A stretch of 64,000 nt of DNA. Origin: Lingula anatina. Taxonomy: Eukaryota > Animalia > Brachiopoda. Numbering within the stretch: the first letter of the stretch is position 1; every line of letters begins with the position of its first letter. Location of the stretch: positions 29,082,848-29,146,847 of the forward strand of contig CM120643.1 of assembly GCA_051362555.1 (NCBI GenBank), written 5' to 3'. Under the pieces are notes generated by a model. The model was not told the origin of the DNA. It made no database searches and saw only the letters and a program-made list of their open reading frames with translations. The position numbers and the translations under genes were made by a program. Shown here piece after piece: positions 24,643 through 38,300 of the stretch.

Positions 24643-27600
24643 TCATTGAGTTGATCCTGTAAAAATAGCAAATATTTAGTTACCTTAATTATTTACTGTA
24701 CTTGAATGAAGAGATTGATTTTTTTCAGTACAACATATTATATTATTATATATATTATTATATTTAGTGTAATATTCTTTTCATATGACAGTAAACACAA
24801 AGAATAAATGGTCTCTATATAACAACAAATGTTGAACTTTTCTGGAAATTACAATATCCCCCATAATCACCAAGGTATGCTATTTTACAATTTAATGAGC
24901 AATATCCCAAAAATGGACTTGATATAGATGTGCTTTCTCTGTACAATTCTGCAATTTAGAATTTAGTTTGCATGGTACCTTAAGACTAAGTGAACAAGGC
25001 AACAAAAATGCACAAAATAGTCCATTTTGTTAAATTTGACACAATAATTAATAATCCTTAATTTTTTTTTTCAAGAACAGTTCAAAATGAGTAAATTTCG
25101 ATTTCTGGTCATCTCTTGAAATTAGAATTTAGACTAGCTGAATCATAGTTCTAAACCTTACCAAATGGCATCGTTAGCCTTCTTAAATACCAAAAGAATA
25201 CCAAAAGTTTTGGGACCATTCAGTGGGCTCCGAACCCCACATCAAGAGGGGGCCCGGGGGAGGGGGAAAGGATCGGCTTCGCTTCCACGGACCCCCCCTC
25301 CCTTCAAATAATCCTTGATCCGCCCCTGAAAATTATGCATGCGCGTGTCAGCCATAAAATCAATGCAGTGTGGCATTAATGAACGACAAAATATAAGCAG
25401 AAAAAGACATTATTTAAATTTAAGACAGTGTTATAAATGAGAAGATTTCAAAATACTAACGAACACAGGAGGTATATCCATCTCCTTGGTAGCCATCTTT
25501 ACAGACACAGTATTGATGATATAGCTTATCGCATTCATCATGGTTTCGGCATTTTTTCTTTATTGTGCCATTCTTTAATTTCACAACGCACTCGGCATTG
25601 GTGGCACAAGACACTGAAAATAAATGAAAATATGTCTGTGCTTTCGTTTTTAGGTATCACCACACTCTAAAATTACTTTTGACATCTTTAAGACCCCATT
25701 CCCTGGATGTTCACGCTAAATAGCTGTCAGCCGAGTGGGCACGGAGTTAATTACCCCCTTACAGCTTGTAGTAGGCGGGGCGGACATTTAAGCCAGATTA
25801 TCTGACAGTAATCTAGAGAGACTCCCTACGGGGATAGATCGATCTAAATGTCTGGGAATACGCCCTTAAATACATGTGCGTCATGTGCTAAGGCATTGTA
25901 TTGTACGGAAAATAAGCTCACGTAATCTTCAGAATTCTGTGTACATTAACACAGGCGCACAGCAGTTTTTAATGACACAAAATTAACTCGATTGAATGTT
26001 GAAAATTATAATATTAAATTAACAAAAGTAATCTCTTTTTATATGTATTATTATTATTATTATATGATTTTTAGTGCTTTTACAATTTACATTGCACAAC
26101 TATTGGGGAACGTGAGTCCGTTGCTGCTATCAAGCATGGCAATAGCCTAAATAATGAAAGCTATCTATACCGACCTCACAAAAATATTCAAGTATGCACT
26201 TTTTGACGAACGCAACCTACATGTACCTTTGTTGCAAACGCGACCAGATCTTCCACCTGAGCAGTGACACCGAAAGTTACCATTATCGAGATCCGTGCAT
26301 GTCCCACCATTCAAGCAAGACTGAGAGTCGCAAGCTGTGATTTCTGGAAAAAAAATCGGACCTTGCCTTGACTGATAAGTGTGCATGATATAAATCCAAG
26401 TCACACACAGATGTAACACGCACATCACACTGACTCACCAAATCACCAAATCACTGTCAAAATTAAGATATTTTCACAGGTTTTTGATTTTCAAGTTCCT
26501 AATTTTTTTTAGCCATTCTTGTAATAGCAATGTGAACGGGTAAGTTCCACATTTGATGTTACTTACGAAAAGGTAATGTAAGCCTAGGAGGGAAGGAGCG
26601 TTTGACCATCAATTATAAACTGCAGGACAAACGATTATAAAATGCTTTAAAATACTTACTAGTACAGGAGGAATATCCATTGCCTTTGAAGCCCTTTTTG
26701 CAAACACAATATCGACCACTACTTTGAAAGCAGTCATTATTTTCCTCTGGTTTTTTCTCTATTTTGCCGTTCTGTTTCTCCAGAACACATTCAGCGTTGA
26801 CCGCACAAGGCACTATAAACAAGAGGCAAGTCATATTATGAAGAATATTCATGAAAATTAGTTCTTTTCATTTTTAATCTTGTTGTTATAAAGTTAATTA
26901 CTTACGCTTACACTAATTACAATTAATAATAAAAGGAAAATCAAATAGATGAAAAGTTAGAGTGATATTGAGTGTAAATTAAGTTTCATCAAGAGTCAAC
27001 AAGTGTAGATCCTGTTTTTAGTGTCAGAAAAAGATGGAAAAGGTCAAAGTCAATAACATTTAATGTGATTGGTTAATTTCATAACAGATTTTAATTTTGA
27101 TCAACTGTTTATCACATGATAACTGAGTTTTGGACATGATTCAAGTATGAGTAATGCAAATAGTATTTTGGATAAGTTTAGTTGAAAACAAGGCTCTTAG
27201 ACATTGCCTAATAAGGGAATGTTCTATGGTAAAGTCAACATGACAATGGAAAGTTTCTGGAAATCACGCCATAAACAACCAAAAGAACATAATTACACGC
27301 GTGATCAGTACGGAGAATTAGAGTATAAATATGGGTAAAATTGTACGAAAAGTGAGTGGTGAATAAATGATTCAAGACTCCAGAACCTCGTCGTCGTACG
27401 CGCGTTATAATAAATGGTGGAGGATGCGGGCATCGATCCCGCTACCTCGCGCAGCCAAACGGCACATATGAAGTGTGGCCTTCCTACAGACTCATATATG
27501 ACTCATTGATTTTTAAAAAAAAATTATTTCAAATATTACCCTAAGTAATTCTGTATAGGGTAGGCCTATAGGCCTATAGATGTGTATAGTCGTATACTGA

Positions 27601-27699
27601 AGTATCAGAATGGAAAACAGGACATTCCGGTGACTAGAATCCCGCCTTCGGCAAGACAGGCATGTAACATCACTAAACGAAGCATATGAGCTGATGTCA

Positions 27700-27734
<35 letters not shown>

Positions 27735-30177
27735 GGTAGCTAAGCTGTCGAAATAACAGACGAAAAGAAGAAAAAATGTTGCATAAATTGGTTACATGAT
27801 TCTGATGCAATATATAATGCTTTACAGCAAAATCAACATTAAATTTCAATTATGCCCAGCAGGTAACATGGAAAATAAGACTAGAGGATCAGAGTGGCGA
27901 CATCACAGCCAGATATTGCACTATCAGCGAGACTAACCTCATTCAAGGTTAGATGGTAGCTATGGATGTATCTGTTTTAGTTGTGGAGAAATAGGGATAG
28001 TAAATACGCCAAATGCATTTTATGAGGAAAAGTACGTAAAAAAATCAAATCCAAGGCCATATTACGATGCACAATATATATAATTTCCTATTGAATTTCA
28101 ATAGTATCAATGAGTGTATTTCTGCTAGTTTTGCAGTTATGAAGGTTAGAAATATTTGCAAACTACACTTTATGGTGAAAGTAGGTCAAAGGTAAAATTG
28201 AAGGTCACATTAAGGTAGTAACTTTGGGCGTTTCTCTACCAGTTTTTGGAGATTTTAGGGCCGGACATTTGCATAGTACATTTCATGGTGACAGGTAGAT
28301 CAAAAATCAAATATGAGATCATAATAAGATTGTCAATATACGACTTCCAGTTCAAGTTCAATTGTAGCAATCTAGTTTTGGAATAATTGACTTTTTTCCA
28401 CAATTTTTTTTAACCGTTGAGCTGTGCCTTTTGAAATAATGCAACTCCTAAATCATATTATAAAACACCAATTTATATCATCAACTGCATTCATTACATT
28501 AGAAAACAGCCATAGCGTACCTTTTTCGCAAGTGCTTATTGATCCTTCGGAACATTGGCATTTGGAATCACTGCCATCGAGGTAAACACACGTCGACTTA
28601 TTACTACAGGACCGATCCTCACATATTTCTGAAATAACAGCACAAAGTAAACTACTCTTACAGATTATTATTGTTTTATCAGTCCTTTTCTTGTCACATT
28701 AAGACGTATGTCATGATTTCTGCACATTTGCTGGGGGTATCCCAGCAAACACGTCACGTTCGGATCACGTGGCTAGCACGTTACTACCACATTATATAAC
28801 GTCATACACTACATAGCAACGTGCTAGCCGTTAAATCCGAACGTGACGTGTTTGCTGTAAATTTGATGCTCTAATGAGGCAAAAGCAGCAAGAAAAACGT
28901 TTTTCAAAATCTAAAAATAAATGAAAAAAGTTACCAGAGCAGGACATATATCCATTTCCAAAATAGTTCTTTTCACATAGGCAATAGTGGCCATTTTGTG
29001 TATTACATCCAGCATTATGTAAAGGCCTTTTCTTTAAATTGCCAGACTTCTTTTTAACTTCAATGCAATTTGCGTTTGCTGCACACGACACTGAAAAAGA
29101 ATGTAGAATCTATCTTCGGCGTTGCTCACAGCACAAATACCTTTTTCTGTCAGCGTACTATTTGACTTAATGGCTTAAATTATATCAATGAAGCACTTAA
29201 AATGGTACTGACACTCTGACTTTTAAAGGGACGTTTAGCGGGCTTCAGCCTGTAAAATTCCGTCTGCTGTTATGTAGGCATAGGATATTGCTTTACTAAA
29301 TAAAGCTAGAATAAAAATGTTCGCATGTTCATATCAGAACTATATAACCTTTAAATCGATTGATTTATAATCAATATATGATGTTCTAAATACAATTATA
29401 AGCAGTTTCTGGCATGTATTATAAAACAGTTTACCTTTGCTGCACCACATTCCATGTGTATTGTAAAACAATTTACCTTTGTTGCACCACATTCCATGTG
29501 TATTTCCGAGACATTTACACTTAAACCCATAATTTGTGTCATTGCGGTTGATACATATGCCGTTATTTAGGCAAGGCTGGGAGTCACACGGAGCTGAAAA
29601 GAACATTTTGCAGATAATTTAGATTTTAACCTGGGCTTGACTGAACAACTCCCTCCCTCAACCGCCCCCAGATTACAGACTCATAAGGGACTGTTCTTTT
29701 AATTGGTCTGGTATGCTGCTATATACAGATATAGATTGAGTCAAAACTTTCATGTGTCAAAGATAAAACCACGAAGTAATACAAGGCATTAAATAAATGT
29801 GGGCAATTGCTGAGTAATTTAAATCTAAAAATTAGAGTTATTCTTGAATAAAATTCTAAACCTTTTCAAACATGCAATTTGACACGTTCTGACTCATTTC
29901 ACTTCAACACTTCAAACTGAATTGTGTCTGCAGCCTTGTGCACAGTCAAAAATTCACATTTAAAACTAAGAAACATATTGCTCTCTCAGAATACAGAGAT
30001 ATAATCACTGTCTTTAATTTTTTTGTTTCTTGGACAAGAAAATACGTCCCAAAATTCCTCGGAATAATGGCCAATGTCACAGTGGCCCCTATACTTACAG
30101 TTTGCGGCAGTGTGGCTGACGAAGACACACACCATTAACGCTACAACGAGGAGCAGATAGAACGCCAATCCCTTCAT
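24643..30177 (-). CDS. Secreted EGF-repeat protein, paralogue A: signal peptide plus 3x(canonical EGF + atypical long-loop EGF)
   Basis: Exons 30177-30099 (MKGLAFYLLLVVALMVCVFVSHTAAN), 29593-29477, 29090-28935, 28628-28521, 26812-26660, 26343-26227 and 25613-25461, all phase-1 Cys-rich modules with GT-AG. The terminal exon 24656-24643 (RSTQ*) is tentative. Confidence 0.85.
25085..25328. mobile_element. Partial copy of the same hAT-like MITE, in the last intron of EGF paralogue A
   Basis: Shares GAATTT-GACTAGCTGAATCATA, CCGAACCCCAC and the terminal GATCCGCCCCTG with 3594-3915. Confidence 0.65.
25688..25869. mobile_element. TTAA-flanked MITE (Kolobok/piggyBac-type target), copy 1
   Basis: TTAAGACCCCATTCCC...TCTGGGAATACGCCCTTAA; homologous copies at 37941-38160 and, inverted and diverged, at ~43408-43670. 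Confidence 0.65.
27220..27458 (+). mobile_element. LTR fragment followed by an extended tRNA-Ala primer-binding site (Gypsy-like)
   Basis: An ~190-bp unit starting TGTTCTA, containing TATAAATA and AATAAA and ending TTATAATA, is followed after 2 nt by TGGTGGAGGATGCGGGCATCGATCCCGCTACCTCGCGCA, the complement of a tRNA-Ala 3' end including CCA. Confidence 0.7.
27415..27453 (-). pseudogene. 3' half of tRNA-Ala(AGC), positions 38-76, with encoded CCA (reverse-transcribed fragment, not a gene)
   Basis: The minus strand reads TGCGCGAGGTAGCGGGATCGATGCCCGCATCCTCCACCA: T-arm GCGGG-ATCGATG-CCCGC with the A54 typical of eukaryotic tRNA-Ala(AGC). There is no D arm or 5' acceptor strand. Confidence 0.85.
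28741..28857. mobile_element. Small palindromic MITE (CCCAGCAAACA terminus)
   Basis: Perfect 23-bp inverted repeat CAGCAAACACGTCACGTTCGGAT / ATCCGAACGTGACGTGTTTGCTG; absent from the matching intron of paralogue B. Confidence 0.75.
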
Positions 30178-32399
30178 CACTGATCAGGCTGATTTTAGAA
30201 TTAATGTTCTGCACTTCTCTTCTAGTATAAAATCAGATTTCATGAAGAGTGTCATAAAATTTCCACATCAACATTTTATCAAATTAGTATATTTTTAAAA
30301 TTTTGAAATCGAAATTTTTGTCAGCTTTGTTTTTTTAATTGCAAATTACTGTTTGATTAGACCTAGTTCCTTTCTCAAACATGAAATATATTTTAGATAG
30401 CTTAATCAATCAATCAATAATTAAAAAGACGCAGAAATGAATGGGAATTAGATAAGTAGCTCAAACATAATGCAAATTGATATGATACGATATAATCGGT
30501 TATACAGAATTCACACTGGGAGGAAAATAAATTGAAAAAAAAAACAATGGATAGGATAGGATAGAAAGGTGGAGCAAATGCCTGACAAACAAGAACAATC
30601 GCCGATACTAGTTTCAGTAGGTCACCAATTCCATCTCTCTTTCGTATGATTTGGCAAATGCACAACACTGCAACCCAAAATGTACATGTTCTTAAAAATT
30701 GTAAATAGCTTGAATTGTTACCGTTCTTCTGGATACACTGTATGTTTACCTATTATCTCATCTTTATGAGTACCGCACATAAACATTTTTCGTCGAGATA
30801 AAACCTACCTTAACCTACCTTAACCTCGTTTGTCTACACTGAATTCATATCGGGCAATGTGGCATCTACCAGTTCAAAATTGTTTTATTTAATTCACCTC
30901 CAGTATCATGGCGTCTGTCATGATGGTCGTCGTGGCTCGTTACAGAGTACTGTTTATGAGGACGGAGAACGGAATGCAACGAAACGCCGACAACTCCCCC
31001 CCCCCACCTCCTCCATTAACCTCCCCCCCCTCTCTCTCTCTCTCTCTCCATAAAATACATAGTATTGTACCTGACATTTTCCATCACTCTCTTTTTCTCT
31101 CACCTTTCCTGTATGAGCAACCCACATTGAAAAGTAGGCCTACTAAAACACTATACCACTAATTGAAATTTACCATGATAAATAAATGGAACTATATAAC
31201 CTTAATTGATCCGAAGTGAGGGTATAGGCAGTTTAGTGTTGATCCCGCCACTTCCATTTGATCTTAACTCCATATATGCTTGCACGCAGCCTGGTTGAAA
31301 TAACTCGATCCTTCTTCAAATTCGGTCATTAAGAAAACAAGTATACAGCATTGGTCAAAAAAGGTTTCCCCACCTCCAATTACATGGGCTTTTATTTACA
31401 AATGATCACTTCACAGTACCTGTGTGTGTGAGTGTGTGTGTGCGTGTGCGTGTGAGGTGTGTGTGTGTGTGTGTGCGTGTGCGTGTGAGGTGGGTGTGGG
31501 TGTGTGTGTGTGTGTGTGTGCGTGTGCGTGTGAGGTGGGGGTGGGGGGTCGAATCACGATGATGACAAATCGCTTAAGTGCCAAGATTTAAACATTAGTC
31601 TAGATATTGTCAAATTTGCGGACAGGTTTGTTTCTGTTCAAAATGTGGAATTGACTTTTACAGCATGCACTGTCATGTTGAATCCTATGTTGTATAATAA
31701 TTGTGATATGTATTCTTGATCAAGGCTTGTATGGTGGAACATTGCGCCAAATACACGTGTATACTATTGTCATTTGACAGGTTAAGTAAATAGTAAATAC
31801 TGTATATGATTCTAAAGACTTCATTCAAAGTCTTATTGTGCTTATTGTACTCTAAGCATAATATCAGGCATACTTCTCGCAAGTTTGCCGAAAAATTTGC
31901 TGCAAATTGGCAGCAATTAAATTTTTTTTTCTTGCAAATTTCTACAAACAATCTTCCGCAAACTTTTCATTTTGCTTAGGGTAGCTTTTGAATTTTCAAG
32001 TTCTCTTCTTGGTATACTTTCAATTTTAATAACTCACTACAGTTTTTATATCAAGAATATTCTTCAAGGTCAACTGATTTATTTTCGACAAATTCAAGAA
32101 GTATATAAAGAGAATATCAATCTGTCAAAAATATAGTTTTAAAGAAATTAAGATTTAGGAACACGTCAAGAAAGTGTTGTAATGCAATGTTGAAAATAAT
32201 TTATTGTTATCTACCTGTGCATGAACCAAATTGCTCCATTGAATTCAAATGAAATTTATTATCAACGGATATTCAAAACCGTTTTACTTCCAAGTGTATT
32301 TCTTGAAGAACTACAGATAAAGCCTGCTGTGATTTAGAATAAGAAATATATATGCCTTCCTTTGCAGAATGTCCGTTATAATCTTTAAGGAGAGCTTAT

Positions 32400-35300
32400 T
32401 TAATGGATCCTGTAAAAAAAAGAAACTATGTTTAGTAACCTTAATTTTTTCACTCCACGACTTTTCGGTTTTTCATGATCATAATATCGTATTATTTCCA
32501 GCGTAATATCCTTTTATACGAAAGTAAACACAGTGAGTAAAAGGTCATACATTACATTTTCCCTGAAATCCCAACTTTTCCCTTAATCACCAAGGCGAAA
32601 AAGGCAAAAAAAAGTCTTTTGTAGCAATGTCTTGCAGATACCTTCCTTTTTATGTATCTTTATTTCAATGTCGTTAACTTTTATTAAAAAGAAAAACACT
32701 AAAAGCCCCACTTCAATATATGGCTCTAGGGTTACCATGAAATGAGTGTACATTGCAATATTTAACGTTTAGTTTGTAAATCAGGACGTCTTTTCTTGGG
32801 AGGCACAGCCTAATCCTTGACAAATCACAAAAGCATTTTTTTTTTCACCCAAAAAGCGGGAATTTTAAACACCGGTTATTATATATATTGATACATAACA
32901 AAATATTTGGTATTTTTGAGAAGCAAGGTTGATATATTATCACAACAGTCAAACCACAAACACAAACCTGAACAAGACATACACACACCTACTCACTTGA
33001 TTTTTTCAAAGAGAAAAAAATAGAAGAATATAAAACAAAACAAAATCTTGAGAGCTTGTGGAACACTACTGTGGTTGACAGTGCCTGCGTCGGACGTAGG
33101 GTGATCTTCATTTGAAGAAAAAAACAAAATACAAGAAATAATTCACGAAATTAAAACGTTTGGTTGCATAAAATCCATAAGATAGGATATTGTTATAATT
33201 ATAAGTAGAAATAATCATACAGTGAGCGATGATTTGTTTACATAGATGCTAATACCCTTACAAAACTTCCAGCAGGATGTTCTATAAGACTCTATATGGG
33301 ACTCCACAGGAATCATACATGACTCTACAAAACCGATCTGCCGATCTTCATATAGTATTCCTATGTATGACTTATTTCCTATAGGAACCTATACGATTTG
33401 TGGTCAATTTGCTATGGGACCCTATAGGAAATTTCCGTAAGTGCATGCAGTTACGACAATTAGCCTCTTTCTCTTTCACGATAACTCGAAAAGTGGACAA
33501 AAAATTATGTGTTATTCATCCAAGCTCGAGGCGAAATACACCAATAAGGACTCAATACCTTCATTCAATACAACTCCGATTTCTACTTAGTATTTACTTG
33601 CACGCAATTTTGATTCACCATCACCGAGAAAAAGTGACGTCATACATAAAATAAGACAAATATATGTAATTAAAATTTAACAAAATTACAAGAGCAAAGC
33701 TTTTTCATAAAAAACAGGTTTCTAATTTTCTAATTTTATGAAGACGAAAATCAAAAAAATACTTACGAACACAGGAGATATTTCCGTTCCCATGGTAACC
33801 ATCTTTACAGACGCAGTAGTGGTTGAACACTGTATCGCATTCATCATTTTTATCGGGCATTTTCCTAATTGTGCCGTCCTTTAATTTCATTACACATTCG
33901 GCGTTTGTCGCACAATGAACTGAAAATACACTTAAGAAATTAAGCATCGTCTCACATCGAAATTGTATGTGTCATTTTTATAAAGATAATCATGTTATCA
34001 TTATTATTTATACTTTAACAAACTGCAACTACTTCTTTTGTATAAATAGCCTAAAACTCTTTTAATAAAGTGATCCTTTAGAGGGATAATAACTCTTCGT
34101 TTTGGCCAAAAATTGAGTTTTCCTGGATAAACAACAATTTCCCCATACTTACCAATGCTTAATGAATCTATTTTTAGAGGAGGAGTCCCTGGGTTTTTTT
34201 TTTTTTTTTTCTAAACAGTTTTTTGTTAAAATCTCTTAAGAGATTATAAGAGAGTATAGTCATCATTGGAGGTCACGTGGTCTGAAGACAAGCTCAGATA
34301 TCAGAATAATAGCTATAACTGCCGTTTTTGTGGTAAAACAGAATATACTATATTTCTACGAGTTGTTCACAATGTTTTTATTGTGAAATATAGATCTCAT
34401 ACGAAGAGTTATTATCCCTTTAACATTTTTGAACACAAGCAAACTACATGTACCTATGTTGCAGGTAAGGCCGGATCTTCTGCCTGAGCAGTGACACCGG
34501 AAGTCACCATTATCGAGATCCGTGCATGTCCCACCATTCAAGCAAGGCTGAGAGTCGCATGCCGTGATTTCTGGAAAGGAAGAAATTAATTAATTTCGAA
34601 AATTCAAGCCATCCACGAATTTAGCTACTACACCACGCTGACTCTGTATCTTTTCAAATATTTTCTCACTTTCTGTTAGTGGCCATAAGACACATCATGT
34701 CCACGACTTGACAACATTACAATGTATACACCATTTTATTATTATTATTATTATTTTCTTAAAGATTCTCTTTTTAAGCCACATTGAGATGAAAACTGAT
34801 AAATTTCACCCCTAATGGTGGCTAAAAAAAGGGTGGGAGGGGGGAGAAGCTAACAAAGGAGAAAGCGTTTGATCTGACATTAATTAACGTCAGGACATAC
34901 GTTGGTAAAATGCTTTAAACTACTTACTAGTACAGGAGGTATATCCATTCCCTTTGAACCCCTTTTTGCAAACACAGTATTGACCACTATTTTGAAAGCA
35001 GTCATTATTATCTTCCGACTTTTTCTCTATATTGTTGTTAATTCTGTCCACAACACACTCAGCGTTGGCCGCACAAGACACTGTAATGCGAAAAAAACCA
35101 CGAAATCTAGTCCAAAAATTTTTTATCTAGTTATTGGCACAGTAGTGTGAGTTGTGTCCTCGTTATAGACTCGAATGTGACGGATTAAATAACCAACGTT
35201 TCAGGTAATGATGCATGTTATTCTGTGCAGGCTATACATATAGTCGTGTTGGGAGTATCAAATGGAAAGTCAGAAGATTTCAGTGGCTAGAACCCCGCCT

Positions 35301-38300
35301 ACAATGTAGGTCAAGACAGGCGTATGACATCACTAAATGAAGCATATCAACTAGTGTCAAAAAGAATAATCATAATAAAGAATTCCTGAAAACAGCCCTG
35401 TTAACAAATATAATGACTGAAACTTAAAATTCTAAAACAAGGCAACTGCAACTACCATCTTGCAAATTTCGGTTTACATACTCTTAAAAACAGCCATAGC
35501 GTACCTTTTTTGCAAGTGCTTACTGATCCTTCAGAACATCGGCATTTGGCATCCCTGCCATCGAGGTAAACACATGTTCTATTATTACTACAGGACCGAT
35601 CCTCACAAATTTCTGAAAATGAGACTACAAAGTAAACTACTCTTACAGATTTATTCTTGTTTTCTCAGCATTTTTGTAGTCTTATTACGGATAGACTCTT
35701 GTTCAAAAAGGTTGTCCCACCTTTAGTCCTATGTGTTTCTGTTTACAAATGATCATATGATAGCTGCTAACCGTTTTATATACCAAATTTCACATGACTT
35801 AAGAAAAGCTTAAATGATGGTGGTCGCAACACGCACTCCAAATCATCCCTCAAGAACTGTATATTCAAGCTCAAAGGTTGTTGTTCCCTCCTCAGAACAT
35901 TGCATTTCTACAACTAACCAATCAACCATCGAAAACTGTCACGATGAAGCCTGTAGTTATCCCTGAAGTCACCTCAAGTAAATAGAGTGAGATATCAGAT
36001 AAAAATACCACGACCATTGGCTTCAGCTATGCAATCGTCACTGTAATGGAGTGCATTAATTTTTTTTATTTTTGATCTAAGTAAACATGTTAGGGGATGT
36101 GTGCAGGGTAACATCGTCTGAGGTGCCGTGTCCCTCCACGTTTGGGGTGAATTCTATGTTTTTTTTTTTTTTTTTTTTTTGAAATAGTTCCTTCCGTCAA
36201 TGGGGCCATTTACCGTAACATTCTCAGCGGATATTTCACTAAAAAGGTCACTTCAAGGATGATTACAGGCTTCATCATGACAGGGCACTTGCTGGCAGTT
36301 CTTGTCTAATGAGTGCATTGTTGCAGAGAAGCAATATGGGCCAACCTTTCTTACCAAAAATCTTTGTCGTCATTTCCGCACATATATTGGGGATAGAGAG
36401 AAAATATGATGGACTAATAAGTTTTATGGGCTTATAAGCCATAAGCTGCAAGAGTTTCTTTTTTTTTTTCTAAATTTTTTTAACTTACCAGAGCAGGACA
36501 TGTACCCGTTTCCAAAGAAGTTCTTTTGACAAAGACAATATTGGTCATTTTTTGCATTGCATCCAGCACTATTTAAGGGCCTCTTCTTTAAATTGCCGCT
36601 CATTTTAACTTCGATGCATTCGGCATGTGCTGCACACGGCACTGATAAAGAATACAGAATCTGTATTCGGCGTTGCTCAAAGCCAAAATACCTTACTCTT
36701 TTAACGGACTATTTGGCTTAAGCATAGGACTCGCTTAAATTTATATCATGCATATAAAGGCACTTAAATTGTTGGTGTTATTCTCTGTAGAAGGCATATA
36801 TAGTAGTCTTCAGCCTGTAAAATTCCGTCTGATGCTATGCGGGCATATTGCTTTACTAAATGAGGCATATCAGTTACTAGTAGACTGAAATGGAGATATA
36901 ATCTTATCAGAATTATTTTAAAATTAAAATTAAAATTAGAATATACCTTGATTTATTATATTTCAGTCAATCTATTTGCTGCATTTTACATACAATTTTT
37001 AATGAGATATTTTGGTAATTATTTTAAAAGAAACACGGCCTACCTTTGTTGCACCACTTTCCATATGTATTTCCGCGACATTTACACTCAAAACCATGCG
37101 GTATGTCAGCACGATTGACACATACTCCGTTATTAAGGCAAGGCTGGGAGTCGCACGCAGCTGAATAGAATATTTGCAGATAAGGCAGTTTTTAGCTAGG
37201 GATTGACATCCCCCCTCACCCCACTCCATCCGTACCCCACCCTACCTCCCCCCCGTCACCCCACTCCACCCCTACCCCACCCTACCTACCCCCCCGTCAC
37301 CCCACTCCACCCCTACCCCCCCTACCTATCCCCCGTCACCCCACTCCACCCCTACCCCACCCTACCTCCCCCCGTCACCCCACTCCACCCCTACCCCACC
37401 CTACCTACCCCCCGTCACCCCACTCCACCCCTACCCCACCCTACCTACCCCCCGTCACCCCACTCCACCCCTACCCCACCCTACCTCCCCCCGTCACCCC
37501 ACTCCACCCCTACCCCACCCTACCTCCCCCCGTCACCCCACTCCACCCCTACCCCACCCTACCTCCCCCGTCACCCCACTCCACCCCTACCCCCCCTCCC
37601 CAACCCCCGTCACACCACTCCACCCCTACCCCCCCTACCTACTCCCCGTCACCCCACTCCACCCCTACCCCACCCTACCTACCCCCCCCGTCACCCCACT
37701 CCACCCCTACCCCACCCTATCTGCAGGCAACTGTCACTAGCTGTGCTTTAAACTGCTTTTATTTTAATTGATCGCACATGCTACAAAATATACTGAGTCA
37801 AAAAGTTTATGTAGAATAGGCAATACAAAGTATTATAAAGTGAAATATTTCAAACCATTATGATAATTGTTGCGGAATTAAAAAAAAAGAAATACACTTT
37901 ACCCCATTCCCATTTGCACCATTGGTCTACGTAGATCGATTTAAAACCCCATTCCCAGAGATGAGATCGATCCAACTAGATCGACCTAACTCCCTTGAGG
38001 TTCACGCTAATTAGCTGTAAGCCGAGCGGGCGCTAAAGTTAATTACCCCCTAGCAGCTTGTAGTAGGCGGGACGGACATTCAAGCCGGATTATCTGACAG
38101 TAATCTAGTGAGACTCCCCACGGGATAGATCGATCTAAAATATATGGGAATGCGCCCTAACTCGCTGCATGCAAACAGCTTAACTGAAGAACACGCCTCC
38201 CTTGCTTGTGCAAGGCTGACGCTTGCACGACTTTTGGCCCCGATTTTGTCGTGGCAAGTCGTGCCATTTTGGGGCACGAAGTGGGAGGCTCCCGCACTGT

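Noticed and set aside
27415-27453. Functional tRNA-Ala gene
   Set aside because: Only the 3' half is present and CCA is encoded, which points to a reverse-transcribed copy.
37203-37751. 182-aa Pro-rich, extensin-like ORF
   Set aside because: It is a translation of a C-rich minisatellite, antisense within an intron, with a non-ATG start.
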